A stretch of 64,000 nt of DNA. Origin: Candidatus Limnocylindria bacterium (GTDB lineage: Bacteria; Chloroflexota; Limnocylindria; Limnocylindrales; CSP1-4). Under the pieces are notes generated by a model. That model had not been told where the DNA came from. It did no database searches and was given only the letters and a program-made list of their open reading frames with translations. Positions 9,011-16,671 of the stretch are shown here, one piece after another; position 1 is the stretch's first letter; each line of letters begins with the position of its first letter. Where the stretch lies: assembly GCA_035525825.1 (NCBI GenBank), contig DATLDP010000065.1, positions 4,885-68,884 on the forward strand, given 5' to 3'. A program made the translations under genes and the position numbers.

Positions 9011-9732
9011 GGCTCGCGGAAGATCGACCCATCTGCCGCGCGCGAGAACGCCGTCCCACCCTCGAGCCCGGCCGTCACGAGCAGCGACACCGTGGGCGCG
9101 AGGAGCCGGAGCAGGGCTTCGGGATCCGTGCCCGGCGCGAGGTCCTCGCGGCTGACGCCGACCAGGTTCGCCGCACTGAGCAGCACCGAGGCCCGGGGCG
9201 CCACTCGCTGGACCTCTGCGCCGGCGCGGAGCTCGCGCAGCAATCCCTGCCAGCCGAGTGCCACGACCGTCAACGACGCGATGCCGGCCCAGTCGTCGCC
9301 GAGCTCGCTCGCGACCGGCGCCAGGAATACGGCGTAGGAGCCCGTCGTCCAGGCGCGCGGCAGCGCCGTCACGGGAATCGGGTCGGAGCTGGCGATGCAG
9401 CGTTGGCGCCGGCCCTCGGGCGTTTCGACGTTGTCGAAGACGGGTCCAGAGGCCAGCGGCGCGCGCACGAGGACGGCTCCCGCTGCCTCGAGGTCGGCCA
9501 GCTCCCGGGCGCCGGCCGCCTCCGCATCCACGCCGACCACGGCGCGAACGCGGAAACCGAGCCGGGCGAGGAACAGCGAGCCGTACGTGACCGCGCCGCC
9601 GAGATGCCAGCCGCGCGAGTCGTCATCCGTCAGGTCGCGCGATGCGGCTCCCACCACCAGGACGATCGGGCGCCGGCGCGTCTCGTCGTATCCTTCGGGC
9701 CCACCTTCACCCCCTGGCACACGCGGAGTCAC
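8737..9732 (-). CDS. PfkB-family carbohydrate/nucleoside kinase
   Basis: 331 aa. It starts with IVLVVGAASRD, has a GG dipeptide region (WHLGGAVTYGS) and the C-terminal PfkB signature DPTGAGDVFLAAML. Confidence 0.8.
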   Translation of the reverse strand: MTPRVPGGEGGPEGYDETRRRPIVLVVGAASRDLTDDDSRGWHLGGAVTYGSLFLARLGFRVRAVVGVDAEAAGARELADLEAAGAVLVRAPLASGPVFDNVETPEGRRQRCIASSDPIPVTALPRAWTTGSYAVFLAPVASELGDDWAGIASLTVVALGWQGLLRELRAGAEVQRVAPRASVLLSAANLVGVSREDLAPGTDPEALLRLLAPTVSLLVTAGLEGGTAFSRAADGSIFREPYDAIPSDATADPTGAGDVFLAAMLACRLDPALEDPVLFAAAAASLVVEGPGVDGVPDLAAVRRRMTRPPSRASRPPSDVSSRASGRPSQA

Positions 9733-9734
9733 GG

Positions 9735-10082
9735 TTGTACTTCTACGAACTGCACGAAGGCGACGATGACGTCTTCTCGGACCTGCTGCTCGTCCACGAG
9801 GAGCAGATCGAGCCCGAGGACTTCTTCGAGCTGGTCATGTCGATCCGAAGCCGGGTCATCGGCAGCTATGAGCAGGACACGCTCATCGAGGCGATCGCCC
9901 ACGAGCTGGAACGCGACCACGAGTTCACCTTTGTCTCGGATGCCAAGCTGACGGCGTCGGTCCACGTCTCGCCGGACGAGGCCGAGAACCGCCTCATCGC
10001 CGCGGACGACGAGATTGCGGAATCAGCGGAGTACCGCTCCATCCTCGCCGATTTCGATCCGGACGACGACGAGCAAAACTGA
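9735..10082 (+). CDS. Small acidic hypothetical protein
   Basis: TTG9735 is preceded by GGAG (9725-9728, 6-nt spacer). The product (M)YFYELHEGDDDVFSDLLLVHEEQIEPEDFFELVMSIRSRVIGSYEQD...DFDPDDDEQN is 115 aa, with a globular core and an acidic tail. I do not recognise a family. The upstream part of track ORF 9642- is R/G-rich shadow. Confidence 0.5.
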   Translation: MYFYELHEGDDDVFSDLLLVHEEQIEPEDFFELVMSIRSRVIGSYEQDTLIEAIAHELERDHEFTFVSDAKLTASVHVSPDEAENRLIAADDEIAESAEYRSILADFDPDDDEQN

Positions 10083-10114
10083 TCGTCCGTGTCCGGAGGC
10101 TGACCGCTCGGGCG

Positions 10115-11218
10115 TCAGCGGCTGAAGAGGATCTCGAGCACGTCGCCGTCGGCGACGCGGTAGGACTTTCCCTCGGAGCGGAGCCGCCCGGCCTTGCGCG
10201 CCTCGGCCGTGGACCCGAGCTGGACCAGGTCGTCGTAGCTGACGGTCTCGGCCCGGATGAACCCTTTCGCGAGGTCCGTGTGGATCGCGCCGGCCGCGTC
10301 GACCGCGTTGGAACCGCCCGGGATCGGCCACGCGCGAACCTCGTCGGGTCCCGCTGTCAGGAACGAGATCAGGCCGAGGAGTGTGTAGGAGAGCTTGATC
10401 ACCCGCTCGAGCCCGGACTCGGCGATCCCGAGCTCCTCCATGAATGTCGCGGCGTCGGCCGTCTCGAGCTCGCCGAGCTCCATCTCGATTCGCGCCGAGA
10501 GGTGATCGACCATCGCATGGTCGTGGCGGTACTCGCCGGCGATCGCAGCGACGAGGTCGCCAGCGGTGGCGAGGTCGTTCTCGCCCACGTTGAGAAGGAC
10601 CAGCACGGGCTTCTCGGTCAGGAAGCGAAAGCCCCGCACCGCCTTGGCCTCGTCGTCGGACATGCCGGCGTCGCGGATCGGGCGGCCGGCCTCAAGCTCG
10701 ATCTTGAGGCGCTTCAGAATCACCTCTTCGCGCTCGTTTGACTCGCGCTCCGCCGGCGTCCCGTGCCGGCCGCTTGACCCGAGCCGCTCCAATCGTCGGT
10801 CGACCATCGAGAGGTCCGCGAGGATGAACTCGAGATCAAGCCGCTCGAGGTCGCGGGCCGCGTCCACGGAACCGTCGACGTGGGGATTCGAGGGATCCTC
10901 GAACGCCCGGACGACGTGGAGCATTGCGTCGGACTCACGAAGCCGGGCCAGGTGCTCCGCGGGCAGCTCCTCGGTCCCGACGTGCCCCTCCGACGACGGG
11001 GGCGGCGCCGGCAGGTCCACGTAGGTGACGTCCGCGTAGACGACCTTCTTCGGCTTGAAGAGCTCGGCGAGGCGGTCGAGCCGGGCGTCCGGCACCTTCA
11101 CGACTCCGACGTTCAGCGTCAGCGCCCCGAATCCGCCGGTCTGGGCGTGGCCCCGAGTCAGCGTGTTGAAGACGGTGGTCTTGCCCGATCCGGCAAGCCC
11201 GACGATTGCGATCTGCAC
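10115..11218 (-). CDS. ychF: YchF/Ola1-type Obg-family ATPase/GTPase
   Basis: 367 aa. It has P-loop IVGLAGSGKTTVFNTLT, a coiled-coil insert and the C-terminal TGS-like domain (AWPIPGGSNAVDAAGAIHTDLAKGFIRAETV...DGDVLEILF). The P-loop departs from the usual GLPNVGKST. Confidence 0.85.
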   Translation of the reverse strand: MQIAIVGLAGSGKTTVFNTLTRGHAQTGGFGALTLNVGVVKVPDARLDRLAELFKPKKVVYADVTYVDLPAPPPSSEGHVGTEELPAEHLARLRESDAMLHVVRAFEDPSNPHVDGSVDAARDLERLDLEFILADLSMVDRRLERLGSSGRHGTPAERESNEREEVILKRLKIELEAGRPIRDAGMSDDEAKAVRGFRFLTEKPVLVLLNVGENDLATAGDLVAAIAGEYRHDHAMVDHLSARIEMELGELETADAATFMEELGIAESGLERVIKLSYTLLGLISFLTAGPDEVRAWPIPGGSNAVDAAGAIHTDLAKGFIRAETVSYDDLVQLGSTAEARKAGRLRSEGKSYRVADGDVLEILFSR

Positions 11219-11236
11219 CTGCCGCCCCGCGCGCCG

Positions 11237-12343
11237 CTAGTAGCCCGCCGCCGGGTCGACGACGTTGCGGAGCGGCTCGCCGCGGCTGAAGCGCACGAGG
11301 TTGTCGCAGAAGAGATCGATCGAACGATCGAGGACGCGGGCCGACGACCACGCGGTGTGCGGGGTGAGGATCACGTTGGAGAGCTCCCAGTACGGCGAGG
11401 TCTGCGGCAGCGGCTCGTCCCGGAAGGTGTCGAGCGCCGCGCCGCCGATCCGGTGCTCGCGGAGCGCGCGGAGGAGCGCAGTGTCGTCGATCAGGCGGCC
11501 GCGGGCGACGTTGATCAGCCAGGCCTCGCGGCGCATCGAGGCGACCGCGGCCTCGTCGATCATGCCCTCCGTCTCGGGCGTGAGCGGAGCGGCGAGGACG
11601 ACAATGTCGGATTCGGCGAGGAGGTCGTGCAGGCCCTCCGGGCCAACGATGCGCTCGACACGGGGCTCGAACGGGAACGCCTCGCCGTCGTTGTCCTCAG
11701 GGCCGTTGGCGGTCGCGCCCTCCGCGCCCTCCGCGCCCGTTGCGCCCGTTGCGCCCGTTGCGCCGCCGCCGGGGTGGCGCCGCATCGCGATGACGCGCGC
11801 CCCGAATGCGGAGGCGAGGCTTGCAACGGACTGCCCAAGCGAGCCGTAGCCCACGATCCCGATCGTGAGCTCCCGCAGCTCGCGCCCCTCCAGCGGCTGC
11901 CACGTCCGCTCCCGCTGGAGCTCGAGCAGCTCGGGGAGGTGGCGGCTGACTGCGAGGATCATTAGGAGGACGTGCTCCGCGATCGGGCGGGAGAAGACGC
12001 CGCGGGCGTTCGTCACGAGCACATCGCGGGTAAGCGCTGCCGGCGTGAGCGCCCGCTCGACCCCGGACGTCGCCGAGTGGACCCACGTCAGGTGCGGCGC
12101 ACGCGAGAGCAGCCGATCGAAGGCCTCGGCCACGAGCCAGCCTCGAAGCAGGACCTCGACGTCGTCGACGGGGCCGTCGGCCAGGCCCTCCACGGAGAGG
12201 TTCACGATCCGCGATCCGGGCGCCGCGGCCTGGATCCGCTCGAGGTCCTGCGGCCGGACGCGGGCGGACAGGATCGGGCTCACGGCGATGGCCAGGGGCA
12301 CCCCGTTGGGGCCACGGCCCGGGCCCGCGGTCGTCCTCACCAC
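11237..12343 (-). CDS. D-isomer-specific 2-hydroxyacid dehydrogenase family, NAD(P)-binding
   Basis: 368 aa with GIVGYGSLGQ (GxGxxG), a catalytic-domain Arg/Glu/His context (NVARGRLID...LTPHTAWS), and an inserted G-A-T/G-A-E repeat loop after VIAMRRHPGGG. Confidence 0.85.
   Translation of the reverse strand: MVRTTAGPGRGPNGVPLAIAVSPILSARVRPQDLERIQAAAPGSRIVNLSVEGLADGPVDDVEVLLRGWLVAEAFDRLLSRAPHLTWVHSATSGVERALTPAALTRDVLVTNARGVFSRPIAEHVLLMILAVSRHLPELLELQRERTWQPLEGRELRELTIGIVGYGSLGQSVASLASAFGARVIAMRRHPGGGATGATGATGAEGAEGATANGPEDNDGEAFPFEPRVERIVGPEGLHDLLAESDIVVLAAPLTPETEGMIDEAAVASMRREAWLINVARGRLIDDTALLRALREHRIGGAALDTFRDEPLPQTSPYWELSNVILTPHTAWSSARVLDRSIDLFCDNLVRFSRGEPLRNVVDPAAGY
11715..11768. repeat. 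In-frame 9-bp tandem repeat (6 units) inside the dehydrogenase gene
   Basis: The plus strand reads gcgccctcc x2, gcgcccgtt x3, gcgccgccg x1. On the minus strand this encodes GAT-GAT-GAT-GAE-GAE within GGGATGATGATGAEGAEGATANG. Confidence 0.8.
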
Positions 12344-12417
12344 GTCGCGCTCGTCATGGGGTCATTGTCGCTGCCCGCGCGGCCCGGGGTACGTCAGCGC
12401 AGGCGCCAGCGGCGGCG

Positions 12418-13632
12418 TCAGTGCAGGACCCGGGTGATCCACAGCGACGGATCGGCGATCTCCTCCGCGGACGGGAGCGACTCCGGCCCGTCCCAGATGC
12501 GCGCCAGCGCCGGCCGGCCCTTCGCCTCGGCGATGGCCCGGACGAACCGCTCGCCCTTCGCGTACTGGTCCAGCTTGAGGTCCATCCCGGTCAGCCGGAG
12601 CACCGCGCGCTCGAAGCCGCTGCGGCGCTGGCGCCGCTCGTGGAATCGCGCCGAGATCTTGTCGACGTCCTCCACCAGCCCCCGACCCACCTCGTCCATC
12701 ACGTAGTCGCTGAAGCCCTCGAGCAGGCTCATCACGGCCTGCGTCTCGCGGAACAGCCGCTTCTGCTCCTCGCCCATCAGCGACTCCATCCAGTGCTCGC
12801 CGCCCGAGTCGCCGCGGAGCGCCCGGCCGATCGAGCGGAGGCTGTCGCGACCGAGGTTGGAGGCGTTCGTGCTGAAGAGGCTGAGCTGGCGCTCGAGCCG
12901 GTCGGCGAGGTATGGCCGCAGCCAGGGATGCGCCTCGAACTCGAAGGCGTGGGTCGTCTCGTGGAGCGCGATCCAGGTCCGGAACGGCGCAACGGGAACC
13001 CCGAGCGCGTGAGCGGTGCCGCGGATGTTCTCCTCGACGAACAGCAGCCGGCCGTCCTCGGCCTCCGCCGAGAGTATCGCGAGGTCGTACTGACCGAGGA
13101 CGCGCGTCCCCATGAACCCCAGGAGGTAGCCGAGCTGCTGGCTCGTGACCCAGCGATTGGCCAGGGCCATGGTCGCGCGGGTCAGGCCGCCGCCCTCGGG
13201 CACGACCTGGTCGAGCAGCTCGTCCTCCATGCGGGAGATGAGGGACCGGAAGGTCCCGACGTTGGCCCGGATCCAGCCCGCCCGGTCGACCACGGACGCC
13301 CGGTCGACGACGCCCGGCAGCGAGGTCCCGAGGGCCTCGCCGAGGCGCGGGACGACGCGGGCCATCGCCTCGCGGTAGGCGCCGTCGGCGGCCCGCAGCT
13401 CCAGCGGCGAAAGGACGCCCGGCGCTTTCTCGGCCCGCCGGATGGCGATGCGCTCCACGGCGCCCCAGTCCACGAGGCCTCTCCGCGCTGCCCGCTCCGC
13501 GCGGCGCCCCAGCACCGTGGCCGCGGCCCCGATCGCCGACCCGAGCAGGAAGCCGGCCTGCCAGCGTCGGTCCGCGCGCCACCCGGGCCGCCGCAGGCGG
13601 GAGCGGCGAGTCTCACCTCCGGATTCGGTCAC
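12418..13632 (-). CDS. DUF2342-family putative zinc metalloprotease/hydrolase
   Basis: 404 aa. The HETTHAFEF motif (HExxH) sits in the characteristic ...RTWIALHETTHAFEFEAHPWLRPYL... context, with an N-terminal TM-like segment. GTG13632 overlaps the murI stop (GTGA). Confidence 0.75.
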   Translation of the reverse strand: MTESGGETRRSRLRRPGWRADRRWQAGFLLGSAIGAAATVLGRRAERAARRGLVDWGAVERIAIRRAEKAPGVLSPLELRAADGAYREAMARVVPRLGEALGTSLPGVVDRASVVDRAGWIRANVGTFRSLISRMEDELLDQVVPEGGGLTRATMALANRWVTSQQLGYLLGFMGTRVLGQYDLAILSAEAEDGRLLFVEENIRGTAHALGVPVAPFRTWIALHETTHAFEFEAHPWLRPYLADRLERQLSLFSTNASNLGRDSLRSIGRALRGDSGGEHWMESLMGEEQKRLFRETQAVMSLLEGFSDYVMDEVGRGLVEDVDKISARFHERRQRRSGFERAVLRLTGMDLKLDQYAKGERFVRAIAEAKGRPALARIWDGPESLPSAEEIADPSLWITRVLH

Positions 13633-14501
13633 GCCGGGGTCGCCGTGCGGGCCAGCTCGACGCCGACGACGTCGGGGAACGCATCGCCGAACATCCGCTC
13701 GGCGATCGAGCGGAATGCCGCCACGTCGCCCGTCGTGAGCTGGACGTGGCTGGGCGCCGCGCCCTCCTGCGCCGGCGCCTCCAGCCCGTTGATCGATAGC
13801 AGCTCGGCCAGCGCCGAGGCGGTGGCCGCGGCGGAATCCACGATCGCGATCCCGTCGCCCGCGACCGCCGCGATCGTGTCCCGGAGCAGCGGGTAGTGGG
13901 TGCAGCCCAGCAGCAGCGTGTCGACCTTCGCCGAGGCCGGCAGCGGGAACACGAACTCGCCGTGCGAATCGCGCTCGCCCAGGAGTGGCGCCAGGGCCTC
14001 CCGGACCTTGGCCTCGACCTCCGCGCCGGCGAGCTGCCCGGCCTCGACCATCGGCACGAACGTCGGGGTGGCGTGCTCGTAGACCTCGACCGCGGGGTTC
14101 TCGTCCTTGATCGCGGAGAAATAGGCATGCGAGCGGATCGTCGCGGGCGTCCCGATGACCCCGACGCGACGGTTGCGCGTGGCGAGCGACGCGGAGGTGG
14201 CGCCTGGCCGGATCACGCCGAGGATCGGCAGGTCATAGCGGCGGCGGAGGTCGCCGAGGGCGATCGCGGTGGAGGTGTTGCAGGCGACCACGACGGCCTT
14301 CACGTCGCGCGCGACCAGCGCGTCAATGGACTCCGTGGAGAAGGCTCGCACCTCCTCGTCCGGCCGGACGCCGTACGGGGCGCGGGCGTTGTCCCCGAAG
14401 TAGATCGTCGATTCGCCGGGGTTGCGTCGAAGGACCTCGCGCAGGACGGTCAGCCCGCCAACACCGGAGTCGAAGAAGCCGATCGGTCGCGAATCCGTCA
14501 C
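13629..14501 (-). CDS. murI: Glutamate racemase
   Basis: 290 aa with IGFFDSGVGGLTVL, VVACNTSTA and LLLGCTHYPLL, the two catalytic Cys motifs. Confidence 0.9.
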   Translation of the reverse strand: MTDSRPIGFFDSGVGGLTVLREVLRRNPGESTIYFGDNARAPYGVRPDEEVRAFSTESIDALVARDVKAVVVACNTSTAIALGDLRRRYDLPILGVIRPGATSASLATRNRRVGVIGTPATIRSHAYFSAIKDENPAVEVYEHATPTFVPMVEAGQLAGAEVEAKVREALAPLLGERDSHGEFVFPLPASAKVDTLLLGCTHYPLLRDTIAAVAGDGIAIVDSAAATASALAELLSINGLEAPAQEGAAPSHVQLTTGDVAAFRSIAERMFGDAFPDVVGVELARTATPA

Positions 14502-14596
14502 CCGGGCTGAAGCTCCTGCGCCGCGCCACTGGTGCCTCGGCGCTCGCCGATCACCCGGCCGAGCTGCGCTCGGCCGATCACGCGGATGACGTCAGG

Positions 14597-15757
14597 CTAG
14601 CGCGCCCCCGCGAGAACGGGTCGGCGCGACACTGCCCCGGTGCCGAAGAGCGCCTTGGCGACCTCGGCCATGTCCTTGCTCACGCCGGCATCGGGCTCAG
14701 CGGTGACGAATGGCGCGCCCTGGTTGCTCGCCGGCCCGACGACCGGGCCCTCGGAGCGGACCTTGTACTCCGGCTCGCGCCCGAGGGCCTGCCGGAGGTC
14801 TGCGGGGTCGATGCCAGCGGCCGCGTCGGCGCGATTCACGAGGTACTGGACCTTGCTCGGCGGGTAGCCGATCTTCTGGAACGTCTCGGCCATGGCGATC
14901 GTGTTGCGGATCGTCGTCGCGTCGTAGGTGACGATCTCGAGGATCGTGTCGGCCTGGTCGAGAAGCGCGAGGGTCAGCTCGTCGAGCCCGACGCCGGTGT
15001 CGACGATGACGAGGTCGTAGAGGCGGCGCATCAGCGAGAGCGTCTTCTCGAGATCGCGGATGAGGACCATCTCGGCCATCTCGATCCGCGGCGGCGCGAG
15101 CAGGACGTCGACCTCCGCCGGCCCGCGCCAGAGGACGTCGGCGAGATCCGTTTCGGAGATCCGGTCGGTTGGCAGGTCGAGCATTGACGGCGCGTCGCGC
15201 GGCGCCCTGAGGAGGCCGCGGAGGTCGCCGAACTGGATGCTCCCGTCGACGAGGGCCGTCTTGAGGCCCATCGCGGAGGCGGCGACGGCGAGGTTGAAGG
15301 CAATCGTGGTCTTGCCGACGCCGCCCTTCGGCGCGAACACGACCACCAGCCGGCTTGGCGCCTTGTCGCTGCCGGCGTTCGCCGCCTTGTGGACGCCCGT
15401 GACCCGGCTCATCAGGTCGTAGCCGTTGAACGGCATCGACAGGACCTCGTCGATGCCCTTGTTCGGCTCAACCGAGACGGGGTTCTGGGGCACCGTCAGG
15501 ACGACGACCGGGATCCCGGTCTTGGCATCGTGGAGCTGCTTCACCAGCTGCATGCCGCGGACGCGGCCCTGGAGCAGCGCGTCGATGACGATCACATCGG
15601 GGCGGTGCTCGGCGATCCGCTGGGACACCTGCGTTCCGTCGGCCACGATGTCGACGAGCCGCACCTGATTCTGGGCATTGAGCAGGCCGCGGACGTATTG
15701 CGCGACCTGGGGCACGTCCTCGACGAGGAGCAGGCGAATCTGATCGGCGGATGCCAT
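14597..15757 (-). CDS. Receiver (REC)-like domain fused to a ParA/MinD/CpaE-type ATPase
   Basis: ATG15757 gives MASADQIRLLLVEDVPQVAQ...DVIVIDALL (REC-like, with Met where the conserved Lys usually is). It is followed by the deviant Walker A VVVFAPKGGVGKTTIAFNLA and LVIVDTG. The upstream 149 codons of track ORF 14597-16204 are R/P-rich shadow. Confidence 0.75.
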   Translation of the reverse strand: MASADQIRLLLVEDVPQVAQYVRGLLNAQNQVRLVDIVADGTQVSQRIAEHRPDVIVIDALLQGRVRGMQLVKQLHDAKTGIPVVVLTVPQNPVSVEPNKGIDEVLSMPFNGYDLMSRVTGVHKAANAGSDKAPSRLVVVFAPKGGVGKTTIAFNLAVAASAMGLKTALVDGSIQFGDLRGLLRAPRDAPSMLDLPTDRISETDLADVLWRGPAEVDVLLAPPRIEMAEMVLIRDLEKTLSLMRRLYDLVIVDTGVGLDELTLALLDQADTILEIVTYDATTIRNTIAMAETFQKIGYPPSKVQYLVNRADAAAGIDPADLRQALGREPEYKVRSEGPVVGPASNQGAPFVTAEPDAGVSKDMAEVAKALFGTGAVSRRPVLAGAR

Positions 15758-15849
15758 CGCAGAAACGTTAGCACGGTGTGACGGCCGGTCCGGGGGTGCC
15801 ACCTGACACCGCCCGCATAGTCCTTCCGGGCTATTCCGAGCTCGGGAGG

Positions 15850-16671
15850 TCAGCCGGTCGCGGGCTTCCGGGCGACCAGGATTGCCCGCTCCGACCCTGG
15901 CGCGAGCGCGCTCAGGTCGTGGTCTCCCGCGAGCTGCTCCACCTCGAGGCCGGCGGCCTCCGCCCAGGAGGTCAGCTCGTCCGCGGTCACGAGGCGAAGG
16001 GCGTCGACGCGGGTCCAGCGGACGACGGGCCCGCCAGGCTGGCCCTCCTCGAAGATGGTCGTCAGCGTGACATGGCGGGCGGCCGAGTCGAACCACGCCG
16101 CAGCGGTCTTGGTCACGTCGTTGCCGGTCTCGGGATCGCGGCGCAGCCACTCCAGCGAGAGGCGCCCGTCGAAGGCGACGAGGTCCGCGGGCGTCGGCTG
16201 CCACGCGTCGATGATGGCGACGCCACCCGGGCGAAGGACGCTCGCGAGGGCGCGGATCGCGGCACGTTGGCGCTCGGCCGAGGCGAGGAGGAGGATCGAG
16301 TTGAGCCCGATGAAGGCAAGCCCGTAGGGACCGCGGCGAGCGACGTCGGGGAGGGTCGCGGCGTCGGTCAGGTCGCCCTCGACGAGGGTCAGACGTCCCT
16401 CGGCCCCGTCGTCGGCGGCCCGGGCGTGTTCGCGACCGCGCTCCAGCATCGCCGGATCCAGATCGACGCCGACGACCTCGTGGCCGTCGCGGGCGAGCGG
16501 GATCGCGAGCCGGCCGCTCCCGACCGCGAGCTCGATGACCGGCCCGCCCGTCCGTCGAGCGAGGGCCTGGTAGAGCTCGACATCGCCCGGCTCCTCGGCG
16601 AGATCGAGGTCGTAGAGGCGGGCGAGGGCGCGGCTCGCGACGGCGTTCGGCTCGGCGGCCTCGCTCGTCAA
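15850..16671 (-). CDS. Class I SAM-dependent methyltransferase
   Basis: TTG16671 overlaps the upstream gene's stop (TTGA). It has motif I VIELAVGSGRLAIPLA, an acidic post-I residue (VVGVDLD) and LRPGGVAII. The rest of track ORF 15850-17145 overlaps the agmatinase gene in another frame. Confidence 0.75.
   Translation of the reverse strand: MTSEAAEPNAVASRALARLYDLDLAEEPGDVELYQALARRTGGPVIELAVGSGRLAIPLARDGHEVVGVDLDPAMLERGREHARAADDGAEGRLTLVEGDLTDAATLPDVARRGPYGLAFIGLNSILLLASAERQRAAIRALASVLRPGGVAIIDAWQPTPADLVAFDGRLSLEWLRRDPETGNDVTKTAAAWFDSAARHVTLTTIFEEGQPGGPVVRWTRVDALRLVTADELTSWAEAAGLEVEQLAGDHDLSALAPGSERAILVARKPATG

Noticed and set aside
14597-16204. An N-terminal 149-codon extension of the REC-ParA gene (track ORF of 535 aa).
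   Set aside because: The extension is R/P/G-rich and overlaps the methyltransferase gene's 3' end. ATG15757 begins exactly at the receiver domain.
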